A stretch of 37,852 bases of DNA from Hyphomicrobiales bacterium (lineage in GTDB: Bacteria; Pseudomonadota; Alphaproteobacteria; Rhizobiales; JAJFHR01). The translations under genes were made by a program, and so were the position numbers. The stretch covers positions 1 to 37,852 of the forward strand of contig JAJFHR010000411.1 of NCBI GenBank assembly GCA_021775515.1, read 5' to 3'. Below, one piece after another: positions 1 to 9,637 of the stretch. The notes beneath the pieces are model-generated. The model had not been told where the DNA came from. It worked only from the letters and a program-made list of their open reading frames with translations, and made no database searches. The stretch's first letter is position 1, and every line of letters starts with the position of its first letter.

Positions 1-1033
1 GGATGATAATTCCGGCAATCATGCCCAAACCAATGCCAACCGTGGCGATAGCCATGATTTGGAAGAGGTAAACTGTGGTGATGAAATTTCCCGTCGCTCC
101 GAGACATTTATATGTTGCGATCACGGAACGTTTTGAATCCACATAGCTCTTGACGGAATTTGCTATCCCGACTCCACCGACAATAAGGGTGGTGAATCCC
201 ACAAGCGTTAAAAACACAGTTAATCTGTCAACGAAACGTTTTATGCCAGGAGCTGCATTATTTCGGGAACGTACTTGCCAGCCTGCGGTAGGAAATTCTG
301 CTCTTACAGATTTAGTTACCTCATCTATGTTCGCTGAATCCCTGTCTGGAAACCTAACTTTGTAGCGCCATTTGATAAGACTTCCAGGTTGCACAAGTTC
401 GGTCTTCTTCAGCGTCTCCAAAGACATTAGAACACGCGGGCCAATCATAAAACCACTGGATACTCTGTCTGGCTCGCGCGAAATTGTTCCGGAAACGTTT
501 GTAATCAGATTTCCTATTTTAAGCTGGTCTCCAACCTTAAGTCCAAGTTGGGCTAAAAGCGTGGCATCTACCTTAACACCCGGAATATTCTGGGTACTTG
601 AATTTGGCGCACTGGCTGTTGTGTTTTTGTCAAATTCCATGGCGCTAAAAAGCGGGTAGTTTTTATCGACTGCCTTAAGTTCCACGACATTCTGCCGTGC
701 TTTTCCCGGAACCGTTGCCATCGCCCGCAAGGTCGCCACTACGCTTATCCGCCCGAATTTTTCAATCCCAGCGCGTTCCTTGGCTGTTGCTTCTCGATGT
801 GACAGCGCAAATTCAATATCCCCACCAAGCAGGGTTTGGCCTTCGCTGGCAAGGCCGCTTCTCACTGCCTGAGAAAACGATCCAACCGTAGCTATTCCGC
901 CCACACCCAACGCGAGACAAAACAGAAAACCGGCGAAACCTGAAAAACCTGAGCGCAATTCTCTCAAGGCATAAAGGAAACTGAGCGCGCTTGTCGACCG
1001 CCAGCTCCGGCGAGGCTCCACAACCGCGGTCAT
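1..1033 (-). CDS. ybbP: ABC transporter permease, FtsX/YbbP-like (N-terminal part only; the gene runs off the left window edge)
   Basis: Absent from the ORF track because it has no in-window stop. My minus-strand translation from ATG 1033-1031 reads MTAVVEPRRSWRSTSALSFLYALRELRSGFSGFAGFLFCLALGVGG... Near the edge it reads ...RFVDRLTVFLTLVGFTTLIVGGVGIANSVKSYVDSKRSVIATYKCLGATGNFITTVYLFQIMAIATVGIGLGMIAGIII, an FtsX-type TM block. The ATG overlaps the TGA of the upstream ATPase gene (ATGA at 1030-1033). Confidence 0.8.
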   Translation of the reverse strand, partial: MTAVVEPRRSWRSTSALSFLYALRELRSGFSGFAGFLFCLALGVGGIATVGSFSQAVRSGLASEGQTLLGGDIEFALSHREATAKERAGIEKFGRISVVATLRAMATVPGKARQNVVELKAVDKNYPLFSAMEFDKNTTASAPNSSTQNIPGVKVDATLLAQLGLKVGDQLKIGNLITNVSGTISREPDRVSSGFMIGPRVLMSLETLKKTELVQPGSLIKWRYKVRFPDRDSANIDEVTKSVRAEFPTAGWQVRSRNNAAPGIKRFVDRLTVFLTLVGFTTLIVGGVGIANSVKSYVDSKRSVIATYKCLGATGNFITTVYLFQIMAIATVGIGLGMIAGIII

Positions 1034-1788
1034 AATCTGCTGCCGGAAGTGTTATCAATAAGCCCGTCGCTCAGAGAAATGACCCGGCTACAACGCTGGG
1101 CAATTTTTAAATCATGGGTGACGAGCAACAAGGTTGTATTTCGGGTTTCATGAAGGGAAAACAACAGATCAATTACATGTTCACTATTTTCAGCATCAAG
1201 ATTGCCCGTTGGTTCATCTGCAAGCAAAATTGAGGCGCCACCGCCGATTGCACGCGCAATTGCCACGCGTTGCTGTTCGCCGCCAGAAAGCTGCCCCGGA
1301 TAATGATCGAGCCGATGCGACAAGCCAACCAGATCCAATTCCTGACGAGCACGGGCAAACGCTTGGCTATTCCCGCCCAGTTCCAAAGGGACTGCGACAT
1401 TTTCCAGAGCCGTCATTGTGGGGATAAGGTGAAAGGATTGAAATACAATGCCGATGAATGCACCTCTCAGCAGTGCCATCTCATCTTCATTGAGCCCGAC
1501 AATAGGCCTGCCGGCAATCTGAATTGTTCCCGATGTTGGGGTTTCCAGTCCGGCAATTACCGACAGAAGCGTTGACTTGCCTGAACCTGAAGCGCCAACC
1601 AAACTGACGGTTTCACCTTTGATGATATCAAGGTCAATGCCCTTTAGGATATTGACCGGGCCAGCCGCACTCGTCAGGGTAAGCTTAACCGACCTCAGCG
1701 CGATAATCGGATCGTTTTCCTCGCCAACTGCCTTGCAATCCTCAAGCTCAGCCGCCATATCTTTTGCCATGTTATTTCGATATGGCAC
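1030..1788 (-). CDS. ybbA: ABC transporter ATP-binding protein (YbbA/LolD-like)
   Basis: Walker A GASGSGKST, signature LSGGEQQR, Walker B ILLADEPT. Translationally coupled to the FtsX permease and divergent from a tesA-like gene, as in E. coli tesA-ybbA-ybbP. Start is uncertain: GTG 1788, ATG 1770 or ATG 1758. Confidence 0.93.
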   Translation of the reverse strand: MPYRNNMAKDMAAELEDCKAVGEENDPIIALRSVKLTLTSAAGPVNILKGIDLDIIKGETVSLVGASGSGKSTLLSVIAGLETPTSGTIQIAGRPIVGLNEDEMALLRGAFIGIVFQSFHLIPTMTALENVAVPLELGGNSQAFARARQELDLVGLSHRLDHYPGQLSGGEQQRVAIARAIGGGASILLADEPTGNLDAENSEHVIDLLFSLHETRNTTLLLVTHDLKIAQRCSRVISLSDGLIDNTSGSRL

Positions 1789-2470
1789 ATTGCCGCGTTT
1801 TTACAAGCCGCGTTTTGTAAATTTCATCGGTTTTTTTTCCTTCATCTGGTTGGTGTTGGCCGTGACAGCGCCTGGCAACACCGCAACCGATGATGAAGTT
1901 AAACTTTTGGCCCTTGGTGACAGCTTAACCGCAGGTTTTGGCCTGGCAGCCTCCGAAAGTTTCCCTCAACAGCTTGAAAAAGTGTTGAGGAATAAAGGTT
2001 ATAACGTTAGCGTTCAAAATGCCGGTGTATCCGGAGACACTTCCGCAGGTGGACTTGCCCGCCTCGGTTGGGCCACAGGTGGCAAACTCGACGGGGTCAT
2101 CTTGGAACTGGGCGCAAATGATGCCCTTCGAGCAACTCCGCCCGAATCGACGCGAAAAAATATTGATCAAATTCTAACCCGCCTGGGCCAACGCAAAATC
2201 GATGTATTGCTGGCAGGCATGCTGGCGCCGCCAAATTTGGGGCAGGATTATGGAAAAACCTTTAATGCGATCTTCCCTGATCTTGCCGCCAGTCATGGTC
2301 TTTTGCTCTATCCGTTTTTTCTCGAAGGCGTTGCTGGTAATCCGTCGTTAACCCAAGCCGATGGCCTCCACCCAACCGCTGCCGGTATCGCTATAATCGT
2401 GCAGAATATTCTTCCCAAAGTTGAAGAATTGCTCAAACGAATAAATCAGCGGCGCAACTCGAACCTCTGA
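1769..2470 (+). CDS. tesA: SGNH/GDSL arylesterase-lysophospholipase (TesA-like), secreted
   Basis: GDSLTAG (block I), GANDA (block III), DGLHP (block V), and an N-terminal hydrophobic signal FIGFFSFIWLVLAVTA. The 1577 start in the track is an antisense extension over ybbA. The real start is ATG 1769 or TTG 1790. Confidence 0.85.
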   Translation: MLFRYGTLPRFYKPRFVNFIGFFSFIWLVLAVTAPGNTATDDEVKLLALGDSLTAGFGLAASESFPQQLEKVLRNKGYNVSVQNAGVSGDTSAGGLARLGWATGGKLDGVILELGANDALRATPPESTRKNIDQILTRLGQRKIDVLLAGMLAPPNLGQDYGKTFNAIFPDLAASHGLLLYPFFLEGVAGNPSLTQADGLHPTAAGIAIIVQNILPKVEELLKRINQRRNSNL

Positions 2471-2557
2471 AAACTTTCACCCGCCAGCAAAAGCTCCCAT
2501 CCGCAGTACCTCTGCTAATTTCTCTATAATGTAGTTTCTCGTATAAAGGAAAAAACA

Positions 2558-3598
2558 ATGGAATATCGTCAACTTGGCCGCACCGGCGTTAAGGTTAGTG
2601 CCCTCTGTTTGGGCACCATGACCTGGGGTGAACAGAATTCTGAAGCCGAGGGCCATGAACAGATGGACTATGCTTTAGCCAGCGGCATAAATTTTTTCGA
2701 CACCGCCGAGCTTTATTCAATTCCTGCAAAGGCTGAAACCTATGGCAGGACTGAGGAAATAATTGGCAGTTGGTTTAACCAGCGCAAGTCGCGCGATAAA
2801 ATTATTCTCGCAACCAAGGTTCTCGGCCGGTCCAACAATACCTGGTTTAGAAACAATGGCAAAAAAGCAACCTTGAACAAGGAAAATATTGAGGAGGCCG
2901 TTGACAAAAGTCTGCGTCGTCTCAAGACCGATTACATTGACCTGTATCAGGTTCACTGGCCAGATCGTCCGATGCGGCTTTTTGAAGGGCTGTCTTATAA
3001 ACACATCGAAGCGGAAGCCTGTTCTATTCACGAAACTCTCGACGCTCTTACCGATATTGTAAAAGCCGGAAAGGTTCGTCATATCGGCATCTCAAATGAA
3101 ACCCCTTGGGGGCTTATGAATTATCTCAATGAAAGCGAATTGAATAATCTGCCTCGCGTTCAGTCCATACAAAATGCCTATAATCTTCTCAACCGGACTT
3201 ATGAAACCGGGCTGTCGGAATTTTTCTATCGTGAGGATATTGGTCTTCTTGCCTACTCGCCACTGGCCCAGGGATTATTGACCGGTAAATACCAAAACGA
3301 TTCGCTACCTAAAGGATCTAGAAAATCCCTATTTAATATAATGGACAGATATGACACCCCCAACGCTGCAAACGCTGTCGACAAATATATCAGTCTCGCC
3401 AAAAAACATAATATCGACGTCGGTCAATTGGCATTGCAGTTTGTCACATCGAGACCATTTGTAACCGCCTCGATTTTTGGTGCCTCGACAATTGCGCAAT
3501 TGAAAAAGAACATCGATAGTATAAACGTCGATTTGAACGACGAACTAGAACAGGCGATCGAAGACATTCACCTGATCTATTCCAATCCATGTCCGTAA
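2558..3598 (+). CDS. tas: NADP-dependent aldo-keto reductase, Tas-like
   Basis: Full-length collinearity with E. coli Tas from memory: LGTMTWGEQNSEAE, DLYQVHWPDRP, IGISNETPWG, IQNAYNLLNR, and the C-terminal YSNPCP-type end. Confidence 0.9.
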   Translation: MEYRQLGRTGVKVSALCLGTMTWGEQNSEAEGHEQMDYALASGINFFDTAELYSIPAKAETYGRTEEIIGSWFNQRKSRDKIILATKVLGRSNNTWFRNNGKKATLNKENIEEAVDKSLRRLKTDYIDLYQVHWPDRPMRLFEGLSYKHIEAEACSIHETLDALTDIVKAGKVRHIGISNETPWGLMNYLNESELNNLPRVQSIQNAYNLLNRTYETGLSEFFYREDIGLLAYSPLAQGLLTGKYQNDSLPKGSRKSLFNIMDRYDTPNAANAVDKYISLAKKHNIDVGQLALQFVTSRPFVTASIFGASTIAQLKKNIDSINVDLNDELEQAIEDIHLIYSNPCP

Positions 3599-3617
3599 CG
3601 ATCACAGAAAACAAATC

Positions 3618-4166
3618 ATGAAGAGACTTTTTACCGCTATAGAAATTCCCCAAGCAGTTGCCAGCAACCTGGCATTGCTGAGAGGCGGCATTCCTGGAGC
3701 CCGGTGGATTGACCCCGAAAACTATCACATTACCTTGCGGTTTATCGGTGAAGTTGATGGAGTTCTGGACACACAGATCAGACACGAGTTGCAGAAAATT
3801 CATTCCGGCCCGCTGTCGCTGTTCCTTCGCGGTGTTAGAACATTTGGTAATAAAAAACCGCGCTCTATCTACGCGGCAGTCGGTCTGAATGACGCGTTGC
3901 TTCGGGTACAAAAACAACAAGAGCGTCTTTTGCAGATAATTGGATTGAAACCTGAGCATCGGAAATTTTCTCCTCACGTTACTCTTGCCAGATTGAGAAA
4001 TACAACTGCTACGGATGTGGAACGGTTTTGTGTTCAAAACGCTTTATCAATAAATGAGGAGTTTATCGCCAGCGGATTTGTGCTTTATTCGTCCAAACCA
4101 TCAACCGGTGGCGGGCCCTATGTGGTTGAAGAACGTTACCAGTTTTCAGGATCATCGGGTGGGTAA
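3618..4166 (+). CDS. thpR: RNA 2',3'-cyclic phosphodiesterase (2H family, ThpR/LigT)
   Basis: Two HxT motifs (HITLRF and HVTLAR) at the expected spacing in a 182-aa protein. Confidence 0.88.
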   Translation: MKRLFTAIEIPQAVASNLALLRGGIPGARWIDPENYHITLRFIGEVDGVLDTQIRHELQKIHSGPLSLFLRGVRTFGNKKPRSIYAAVGLNDALLRVQKQQERLLQIIGLKPEHRKFSPHVTLARLRNTTATDVERFCVQNALSINEEFIASGFVLYSSKPSTGGGPYVVEERYQFSGSSGG

Positions 4167-4214
4167 TATGATGGACTTAAATTCGCTGCGCTAAACCAGG
4201 AGATTTCTATTATT

Positions 4215-4511
4215 ATGTCCGAAAAACTAACCGGAACTGATCGTTTACAGGGATTGGAACAACTGCCCCATTGGCAGGAGGTCACCGGCCGCGACGCCAT
4301 CTTCAGGCGCTTCGAGTTCAGAAATTTTAATCAGGCCTTTGGTTTTATGACACGGGCAGCTCTTCAGGCAGAAAAGATGAACCATCATCCAGAGTGGTTC
4401 AACGTCTATCGCACAGTTGATGTCACCTTAACGACACATGATGCTGACGGCCTGACAATCCTGGATTTGAAGCTTGCCAAATTCATGGACAAGTGTTTTA
4501 GCGAATTCTAG
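4215..4511 (+). CDS. phhB: 4a-hydroxytetrahydrobiopterin (pterin-4a-carbinolamine) dehydratase
   Basis: 98 aa with the F.F.NF..AF.F......AE..NHHPEW pattern typical of PCD/DCoH. Confidence 0.9.
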   Translation: MSEKLTGTDRLQGLEQLPHWQEVTGRDAIFRRFEFRNFNQAFGFMTRAALQAEKMNHHPEWFNVYRTVDVTLTTHDADGLTILDLKLAKFMDKCFSEF

Positions 4512-4538
4512 ATATCGGCCGACTGATTGCGGCCATTG

Positions 4539-5324
4539 TCATTTCGGGGCTAACCGTAGAGCGCCGTCGATCCTGATATTTTCTCCGTTGAGCATGTCAT
4601 TTTCAATTATGTGCATAACCAAAGAGGCATATTCATCCCCCCGCCCCAATCGCGTTGGAAACGGAACACCGGCACCGAGATTATCTCGAATTTCTTCGGG
4701 AAGGCCGTCGAACATCGGTGTATGAAATAACCCGGGCATGATGCTCATAACCCGAATTCCCTCGCGGGATAAATCCCGCGCCATTGGCAGTGTCAGGCTC
4801 GCAACTCCACCCTTGGATGCTGAATAGGCGGCCTGGCCAACCTGTCCCTCGACCGCAGCAATTGACGATGTATTAATTATAACGCCACGTCCGCCGTCTG
4901 GCGTAATTGGGTCCAGTCCCATTATTCCAGCAGCACTTTTTGATCCGACGTTAAACGTGCCTATCAGATTAACATTTATCACCTTGGCAAATACCGCAAG
5001 ATCATGTGCCCAGATGTTAGACTTATCTTTCGATCTGCCCGCGGTTCGCGAACCCGTTACGATACCAGCACAATTAACCAGAATGCGCTCCTGACCATGC
5101 CAGCGGCGCGCTGAGGCCAAGGCATCGATGATACTCTTTTCGTCGGTCACATCAGCTTCGCAATAACACCCTCCCAGTTCGTCAGCAAGACTGCTCCCCC
5201 GGTCGCGGTCTAGATCGAAAATAGCCACTTTAACATCGCGCTGCGCCAGTGCCCTGGCCGTCGCAGCGCCCAGACCCGATGCTCCACCCGTTACTACAGC
5301 ACTTATCGTTTTGTCGAGGATCAT
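4539..5324 (-). CDS. Short-chain dehydrogenase, 3-hydroxyacyl-CoA dehydrogenase type-2-like
   Basis: TGGASGLG cofactor motif, YSASKGG catalytic motif, and HSD17B10-like length and N-terminus. Confidence 0.88.
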   Translation of the reverse strand: MILDKTISAVVTGGASGLGAATARALAQRDVKVAIFDLDRDRGSSLADELGGCYCEADVTDEKSIIDALASARRWHGQERILVNCAGIVTGSRTAGRSKDKSNIWAHDLAVFAKVINVNLIGTFNVGSKSAAGIMGLDPITPDGGRGVIINTSSIAAVEGQVGQAAYSASKGGVASLTLPMARDLSREGIRVMSIMPGLFHTPMFDGLPEEIRDNLGAGVPFPTRLGRGDEYASLVMHIIENDMLNGENIRIDGALRLAPK

Positions 5325-5450
5325 TACCTATTCCTATATTTAATTTTTTCCGATTGGCATCTCAAACTGGTTGTTTATGGTCCCTTGCACATGGCCAGTC
5401 AAATTACCATTTAGGGGAGGAAGCAGATTTCATTCAAACGGCATGTGTAT

Positions 5451-5870
5451 ATGGCAGATACTGGCGTAGATAGTTCTCCTACCGAAATAAATGAGGAAAA
5501 ATGTAAATTGCCCGCGGTGATTGCAAAAAACGAGAAGGCGGTGAAACGGAGTTTTTGGCGGAAATTTGCTCGAGTGGCAAGTTTTATACCTTTTTCCCAC
5601 GATCTTTTAGCCGCCTATTTTTGCTCTGTAGATCCGCAAACCCCGGCGAGGGTCAGAGCGATTTTGCTTGCCGCATTAGCCTATTTCATTCTGCCTACCG
5701 ACCTGGTTCCAGATTTTATAGTAGGCTTGGGGTTTTCCGATGATGCAACAGTGTTGACCGCTGCGATTGGCATCGTCTCAGGACATATTACGGATGCGCA
5801 TCGATCAAAGGCACTTGAGGTGTTGAATAATCCCGACACTGATATTCCATCAGAAAAAAATTCTATATAA
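5451..5870 (+). CDS. YkvA/DUF1232 family membrane protein
   Basis: LAYFILPTDLVPDFIVGLGFSDDATVL is the DUF1232 signature. Start could be GTG 5445 or ATG 5451. Confidence 0.75.
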   Translation: MADTGVDSSPTEINEEKCKLPAVIAKNEKAVKRSFWRKFARVASFIPFSHDLLAAYFCSVDPQTPARVRAILLAALAYFILPTDLVPDFIVGLGFSDDATVLTAAIGIVSGHITDAHRSKALEVLNNPDTDIPSEKNSI

Positions 5871-5875
5871 TATCA

Positions 5876-6856
5876 TTACGTCTGCGGAAGAACTATTGCT
5901 TTTCCGGTAACTTTGCGGTTAGCAAGATCTTCGAGAGCCTCGGCGGTTTGATCAAGTGAATATTCGCGGTGAATGTGCGGGCGCAACTTGCCTTCAGCGA
6001 TCCATTGTAGAATTTGCACCGTGTTGGCGCGGTGTTTATCCGGGTGGCGGTCGATGAACGAGCCCCAGAATACGCCGATAATCTGACACCCTTTCAACAA
6101 GGCTAGATTAAGCGGAATTTTTGGAATATAACCGGCGGCAAATCCGATAACCAAAAAACGTCCATTCCAGGCGATGGCTCGCAATGCCGGCTCGCTGAAA
6201 TCACCACCAACTGGATCATAAATAACATCGGCGCCATTATTTCCGGTTAAGTCTTTAAGACGCTGTTTGAGATCTTGCTCGCGGTAATTTATCAGATCGT
6301 CGGCACCCACAGATTTACAAAACTCAAGTTTTTCATCTGACGATGCGGCTGCAATAACCCGGGCGCCCAAAACTTTACCGATCTCAATCGCTGATTGCCC
6401 CACGCCACCTGAGGCACCCAGCACCGCCAGCGTTTCACCGGCGCGTAGCTTCGCCCGGTTTTTGAGTGCATAATACGTCGTGCCGTAGGTAACTGTGACA
6501 CCGGCCGCTATACTGAAACTGATTTGTTCCGGTATCTTAACAAGTCTGTCAACGGAAACAGCAACCTGTTCGCGACATCCTCCCCAGGCAAGATAGGCCA
6601 TGACCCTATCGCCAAGCTTAAACCCGGAAACGTCCGGTCCGACTTCTGCGATTACACCGGCAATTTCTGCTCCCGGTGAAAATGGCATGTCCGGTTTAAA
6701 CTGGTATTTGTTCTCGATAATCAATGTGTCAAAGAAATTCAGCGCCGTGGCATGAATATTGACAACAACTTCACCGTGTTTTGCCACCGGCGAGCTTATA
6801 TCTTCCACCAGCAATGACGCCGGCGGCCCGAACTCCTTGCATAAAACTGCCCTCAA
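5876..6856 (-). CDS. NADPH:quinone oxidoreductase (zinc-independent MDR, zeta-crystallin-like)
   Basis: 326 aa, GASGGVG Rossmann motif, MDR fold signature PFSPGAEIAG. Confidence 0.88.
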   Translation of the reverse strand: MRAVLCKEFGPPASLLVEDISSPVAKHGEVVVNIHATALNFFDTLIIENKYQFKPDMPFSPGAEIAGVIAEVGPDVSGFKLGDRVMAYLAWGGCREQVAVSVDRLVKIPEQISFSIAAGVTVTYGTTYYALKNRAKLRAGETLAVLGASGGVGQSAIEIGKVLGARVIAAASSDEKLEFCKSVGADDLINYREQDLKQRLKDLTGNNGADVIYDPVGGDFSEPALRAIAWNGRFLVIGFAAGYIPKIPLNLALLKGCQIIGVFWGSFIDRHPDKHRANTVQILQWIAEGKLRPHIHREYSLDQTAEALEDLANRKVTGKAIVLPQT

Positions 6857-6990
6857 GATTTGCCCCTTAGCTGCCCAAACTTATCCATGTATTTTCGATA
6901 CCCTCTTCTTAGCCGGAAACGAGGCCATTGGCGAATATCAATTCGCACTCTATAAACAGAATAATCTGAACAACATGGAGCCGTCATCGC

Positions 6991-7515
6991 GTGAGAGGAT
7001 TTTTTGCCATCGGTGTCGAGGGGATAAGCAAGCCTATGAACCTGGGCAATCTCATGCGTTCGGCTCATGCTTTTGGTGCGAGTTTCGTCTTTACAATTGA
7101 TGCGCATAAAAAACTCGACGCGCCAGATTCCGATACATCAAACGCACCGGTACACATGCCCTATTATGAATGGCAAAGTTTAGGCGACATGACTTTGCCA
7201 CGCGGATGTAGCCTTGTTGGTGTAGAGCTACTTGAAAACGCAGTAGATCTGCCAAGTTTCCGGCACCCTCAACAAGCAGCCTATGTACTCGGGCCCGAAC
7301 GCGGGTCTCTGTCTCCCCAGCTCTTGAGCCAGTGTGATCATGTTATAAAAATTCCCACCTCCTTTTGCATCAACGTTGCCACCGCTGGAGCCATAATCAT
7401 GTATGACCGTATCAAAACTCTCGGTCGTTTTGCTGAACCTCCCGTCAGCCCCAGTGGCAGGCCCCTAACCCGCAAGCCTCATCAACATGGCTCCACCAGA
7501 ATACGAAACCAATAA
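6991..7515 (+). CDS. SpoU/TrmH-family RNA 2'-O-methyltransferase
   Basis: NLGNLMRSAHAFGA, VLGPERGSLS and IKIPT...INVATAGAIIMYD motifs. GTG start with GGAG about 10 nt upstream. Confidence 0.85.
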   Translation: MRGFFAIGVEGISKPMNLGNLMRSAHAFGASFVFTIDAHKKLDAPDSDTSNAPVHMPYYEWQSLGDMTLPRGCSLVGVELLENAVDLPSFRHPQQAAYVLGPERGSLSPQLLSQCDHVIKIPTSFCINVATAGAIIMYDRIKTLGRFAEPPVSPSGRPLTRKPHQHGSTRIRNQ

Positions 7516-7705
7516 CGTTGACAACAGAATTTTCAGTCAATAAAACCACTTGTTACTCAGTTTTTTAGGGATGCATTAACTATATTTTGACCCTAATGGA
7601 GCCGGGCAAAATGTTGCCTTATTGATTTGCATTTATAGCGCAAGATCAAAGAGGATAGCGAATAATCCTAAGGAATAGAGCAGCGCAAACGTCGACGGTT
7701 TGATA

Positions 7706-8230
7706 ATGATTTTAATACCCAGATTAAATTTTTTCCTGAAGCAAATTCTGCTGGCAACGGTCCTTGCTTTGACCCCCACTGCACTGTCTGCTGAGCCCAA
7801 ACATTTGGCGGATAATGGCGATTGGGCCGCTTATGAAAATACTAATGGTAAGGGCAAAATTTGCTTTGCTATTACTGAACCGAAGAAAAAACTGCCAAAA
7901 AAGGTTAGTCGCGATCCGGTGTATTTTTTAATAACCAATCGGCCTAAAGAAAAAATCAAAAATGAAGTCAGTATCATTACTGGCTACCCCTACAAAGCCG
8001 ACAGCATCACCACTGTGCAAATTGGTGATGATAAATTTGAACTATACACAAAGGCGGATGGCGCGTGGATTGACAACGCCAAGGCTGAAAAGCGTTTGAT
8101 CAAATCGATGAAGAATGGCAACACCATGATCGTCAAGGGAACGTCGCGTCGCGGAACTGTAACCACCGACGAATATTCCCTCATTGGCATTACCAAAACA
8201 ATCAGCGTCATTGACAAAGCCTGTAAATAG
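7706..8230 (+). CDS. Secreted protein, invasion-associated-locus-B (IalB)-like
   Basis: Signal peptide (LLATVLALTPTALSA), size, and a GDW..Y......K.CFA N-terminal core resembling alphaproteobacterial IalB-family proteins. Family call is from memory only. Confidence 0.55.
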   Translation: MILIPRLNFFLKQILLATVLALTPTALSAEPKHLADNGDWAAYENTNGKGKICFAITEPKKKLPKKVSRDPVYFLITNRPKEKIKNEVSIITGYPYKADSITTVQIGDDKFELYTKADGAWIDNAKAEKRLIKSMKNGNTMIVKGTSRRGTVTTDEYSLIGITKTISVIDKACK

Positions 8231-8399
8231 GCATTACCCCTAATCATAGCTGTTTGGAATTGCCCGGATATCAAACTTCCGTTAATTCCTAGAACTGAAG
8301 TGGTGGGTGATATTTTTAACCCGCCTTGCTCTAAGAATTGCCTACGCCCTAAACCACGGCAGGGCTTGGTCTTAGGCACAAGAGATTTCAGATTTTGAC

Positions 8400-9563
8400 A
8401 TGATTAATCTTATCGGCCTTTCTCGTGAAGAAATAGCGCGTGTTCTGGAAACCAGCGACGCCATAGATATTCCGGCTCGGCATTTGAAAATGCGCGCCAA
8501 CCAGCTTTGGCATTGGATTTATGTGCAAGGAGCGCGGGACTTTGAGTGCATGACAACGATAGCAAAAGGGCTACGCCAGCAGCTCGCTGAATTTTGTTGC
8601 CTCGAGCGACCGGAGATTGTGACCGAACAAATTTCGCAAGATGGCACGCGGAAGTGGTTGTTGCGCCTGGCCTCCTCTGTGCCGGGCCAAACAGGTCCGG
8701 AAATCGAAACGGTCTATATCCCGGAAGAAACCCGCGGCACATTGTGCATCTCAAGTCAGATCGGCTGCACCTTGACCTGCTCGTTTTGCCACACCGGCAC
8801 CCAGAGACTTGTGCGAAATCTCACACCCGGTGAAATTGCCGCTCAAGTACTGGTCGCAAAAGATACCCTGGGCGAATGGCCGAACTCAAACCCTCAACCC
8901 GGGCAGATCGTACCCTCCCAATCTCGCATGATTACCAATATCGTTTTGATGGGGATGGGCGAGCCGCTTTATATTTTCGATAATGTCAAACAGGCTGTTG
9001 ACACGATTTCGGATGATGCCGGGCTGTCGATATCCCGCCGCCGCATTACCTTGTCTACCTCAGGCGTCGTACCCATGATTAAACGGTGTGGCGAAGAAAT
9101 TGGTGTGATGCTGGCAATCTCACTCCATGCGGTCCGCGATGAGGTGCGCGATCTATTGGTACCCATTAATAAAAAATATTCCTTGCGCGACCTGCTCGAT
9201 GCCTGCCGGGCCTATCCCGGTCTGGCCAACTCAAAAAGAATTACTTTCGAATATGTCATGTTGAAAGGCATTAACGACAGTTTGGCCGACGCCCGCGAAC
9301 TGGTCAGATTGCTCAAGGGAATTCCCGCAAAAATCAATCTCATTCCATTTAATCCGTGGCCGGGTACAGCCTATGAATGTTCAGATTGGCAGACAATTGA
9401 GGAATTTGCCGAGGTTGTTTACCGGGCCGGATATGCCAGCCCGGTGCGAACCCCTCGGGGCCGTGACATAATGGCAGCTTGCGGACAACTGAAATCAGCC
9501 AGTATTAAACTACCTGTCAATCAGCGCAAAGCTCAGGAAAAGGCCGCTGCGACACTGCCCTAA
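8400..9563 (+). CDS. rlmN: 23S rRNA/tRNA adenine-C2 methyltransferase RlmN (radical SAM)
   Basis: [11 protein letters not shown] radical-SAM cluster motif, MGMGEPL, and a C-terminal ACGQL catalytic Cys region. Confidence 0.95.
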   Translation: MINLIGLSREEIARVLETSDAIDIPARHLKMRANQLWHWIYVQGARDFECMTTIAKGLRQQLAEFCCLERPEIVTEQISQDGTRKWLLRLASSVPGQTGPEIETVYIPEETRGTLCISSQIGCTLTCSFCHTGTQRLVRNLTPGEIAAQVLVAKDTLGEWPNSNPQPGQIVPSQSRMITNIVLMGMGEPLYIFDNVKQAVDTISDDAGLSISRRRITLSTSGVVPMIKRCGEEIGVMLAISLHAVRDEVRDLLVPINKKYSLRDLLDACRAYPGLANSKRITFEYVMLKGINDSLADARELVRLLKGIPAKINLIPFNPWPGTAYECSDWQTIEEFAEVVYRAGYASPVRTPRGRDIMAACGQLKSASIKLPVNQRKAQEKAAATLP

Positions 9564-9637
9564 ATCAGACCAGCCTATCACACGACATTAGCGCTAAACC
9601 TGCAGCCTCAACAAATTGTGCCACCACAGCAGCAACT

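Noticed and set aside
813-1058. 81-aa minus-strand ORF at the ybbA/permease junction
   Set aside because: It is out of frame with, and fully overlapped by, the FtsX-type permease frame that starts at ATG 1033 and stays open to the window edge.
1577-1768. Long N-terminal extension of the tesA-like ORF, which starts at 1577 in the track
   Set aside because: The extension is antisense to the well-supported ybbA coding region and precedes the signal peptide. The real start is at 1769 or 1790.
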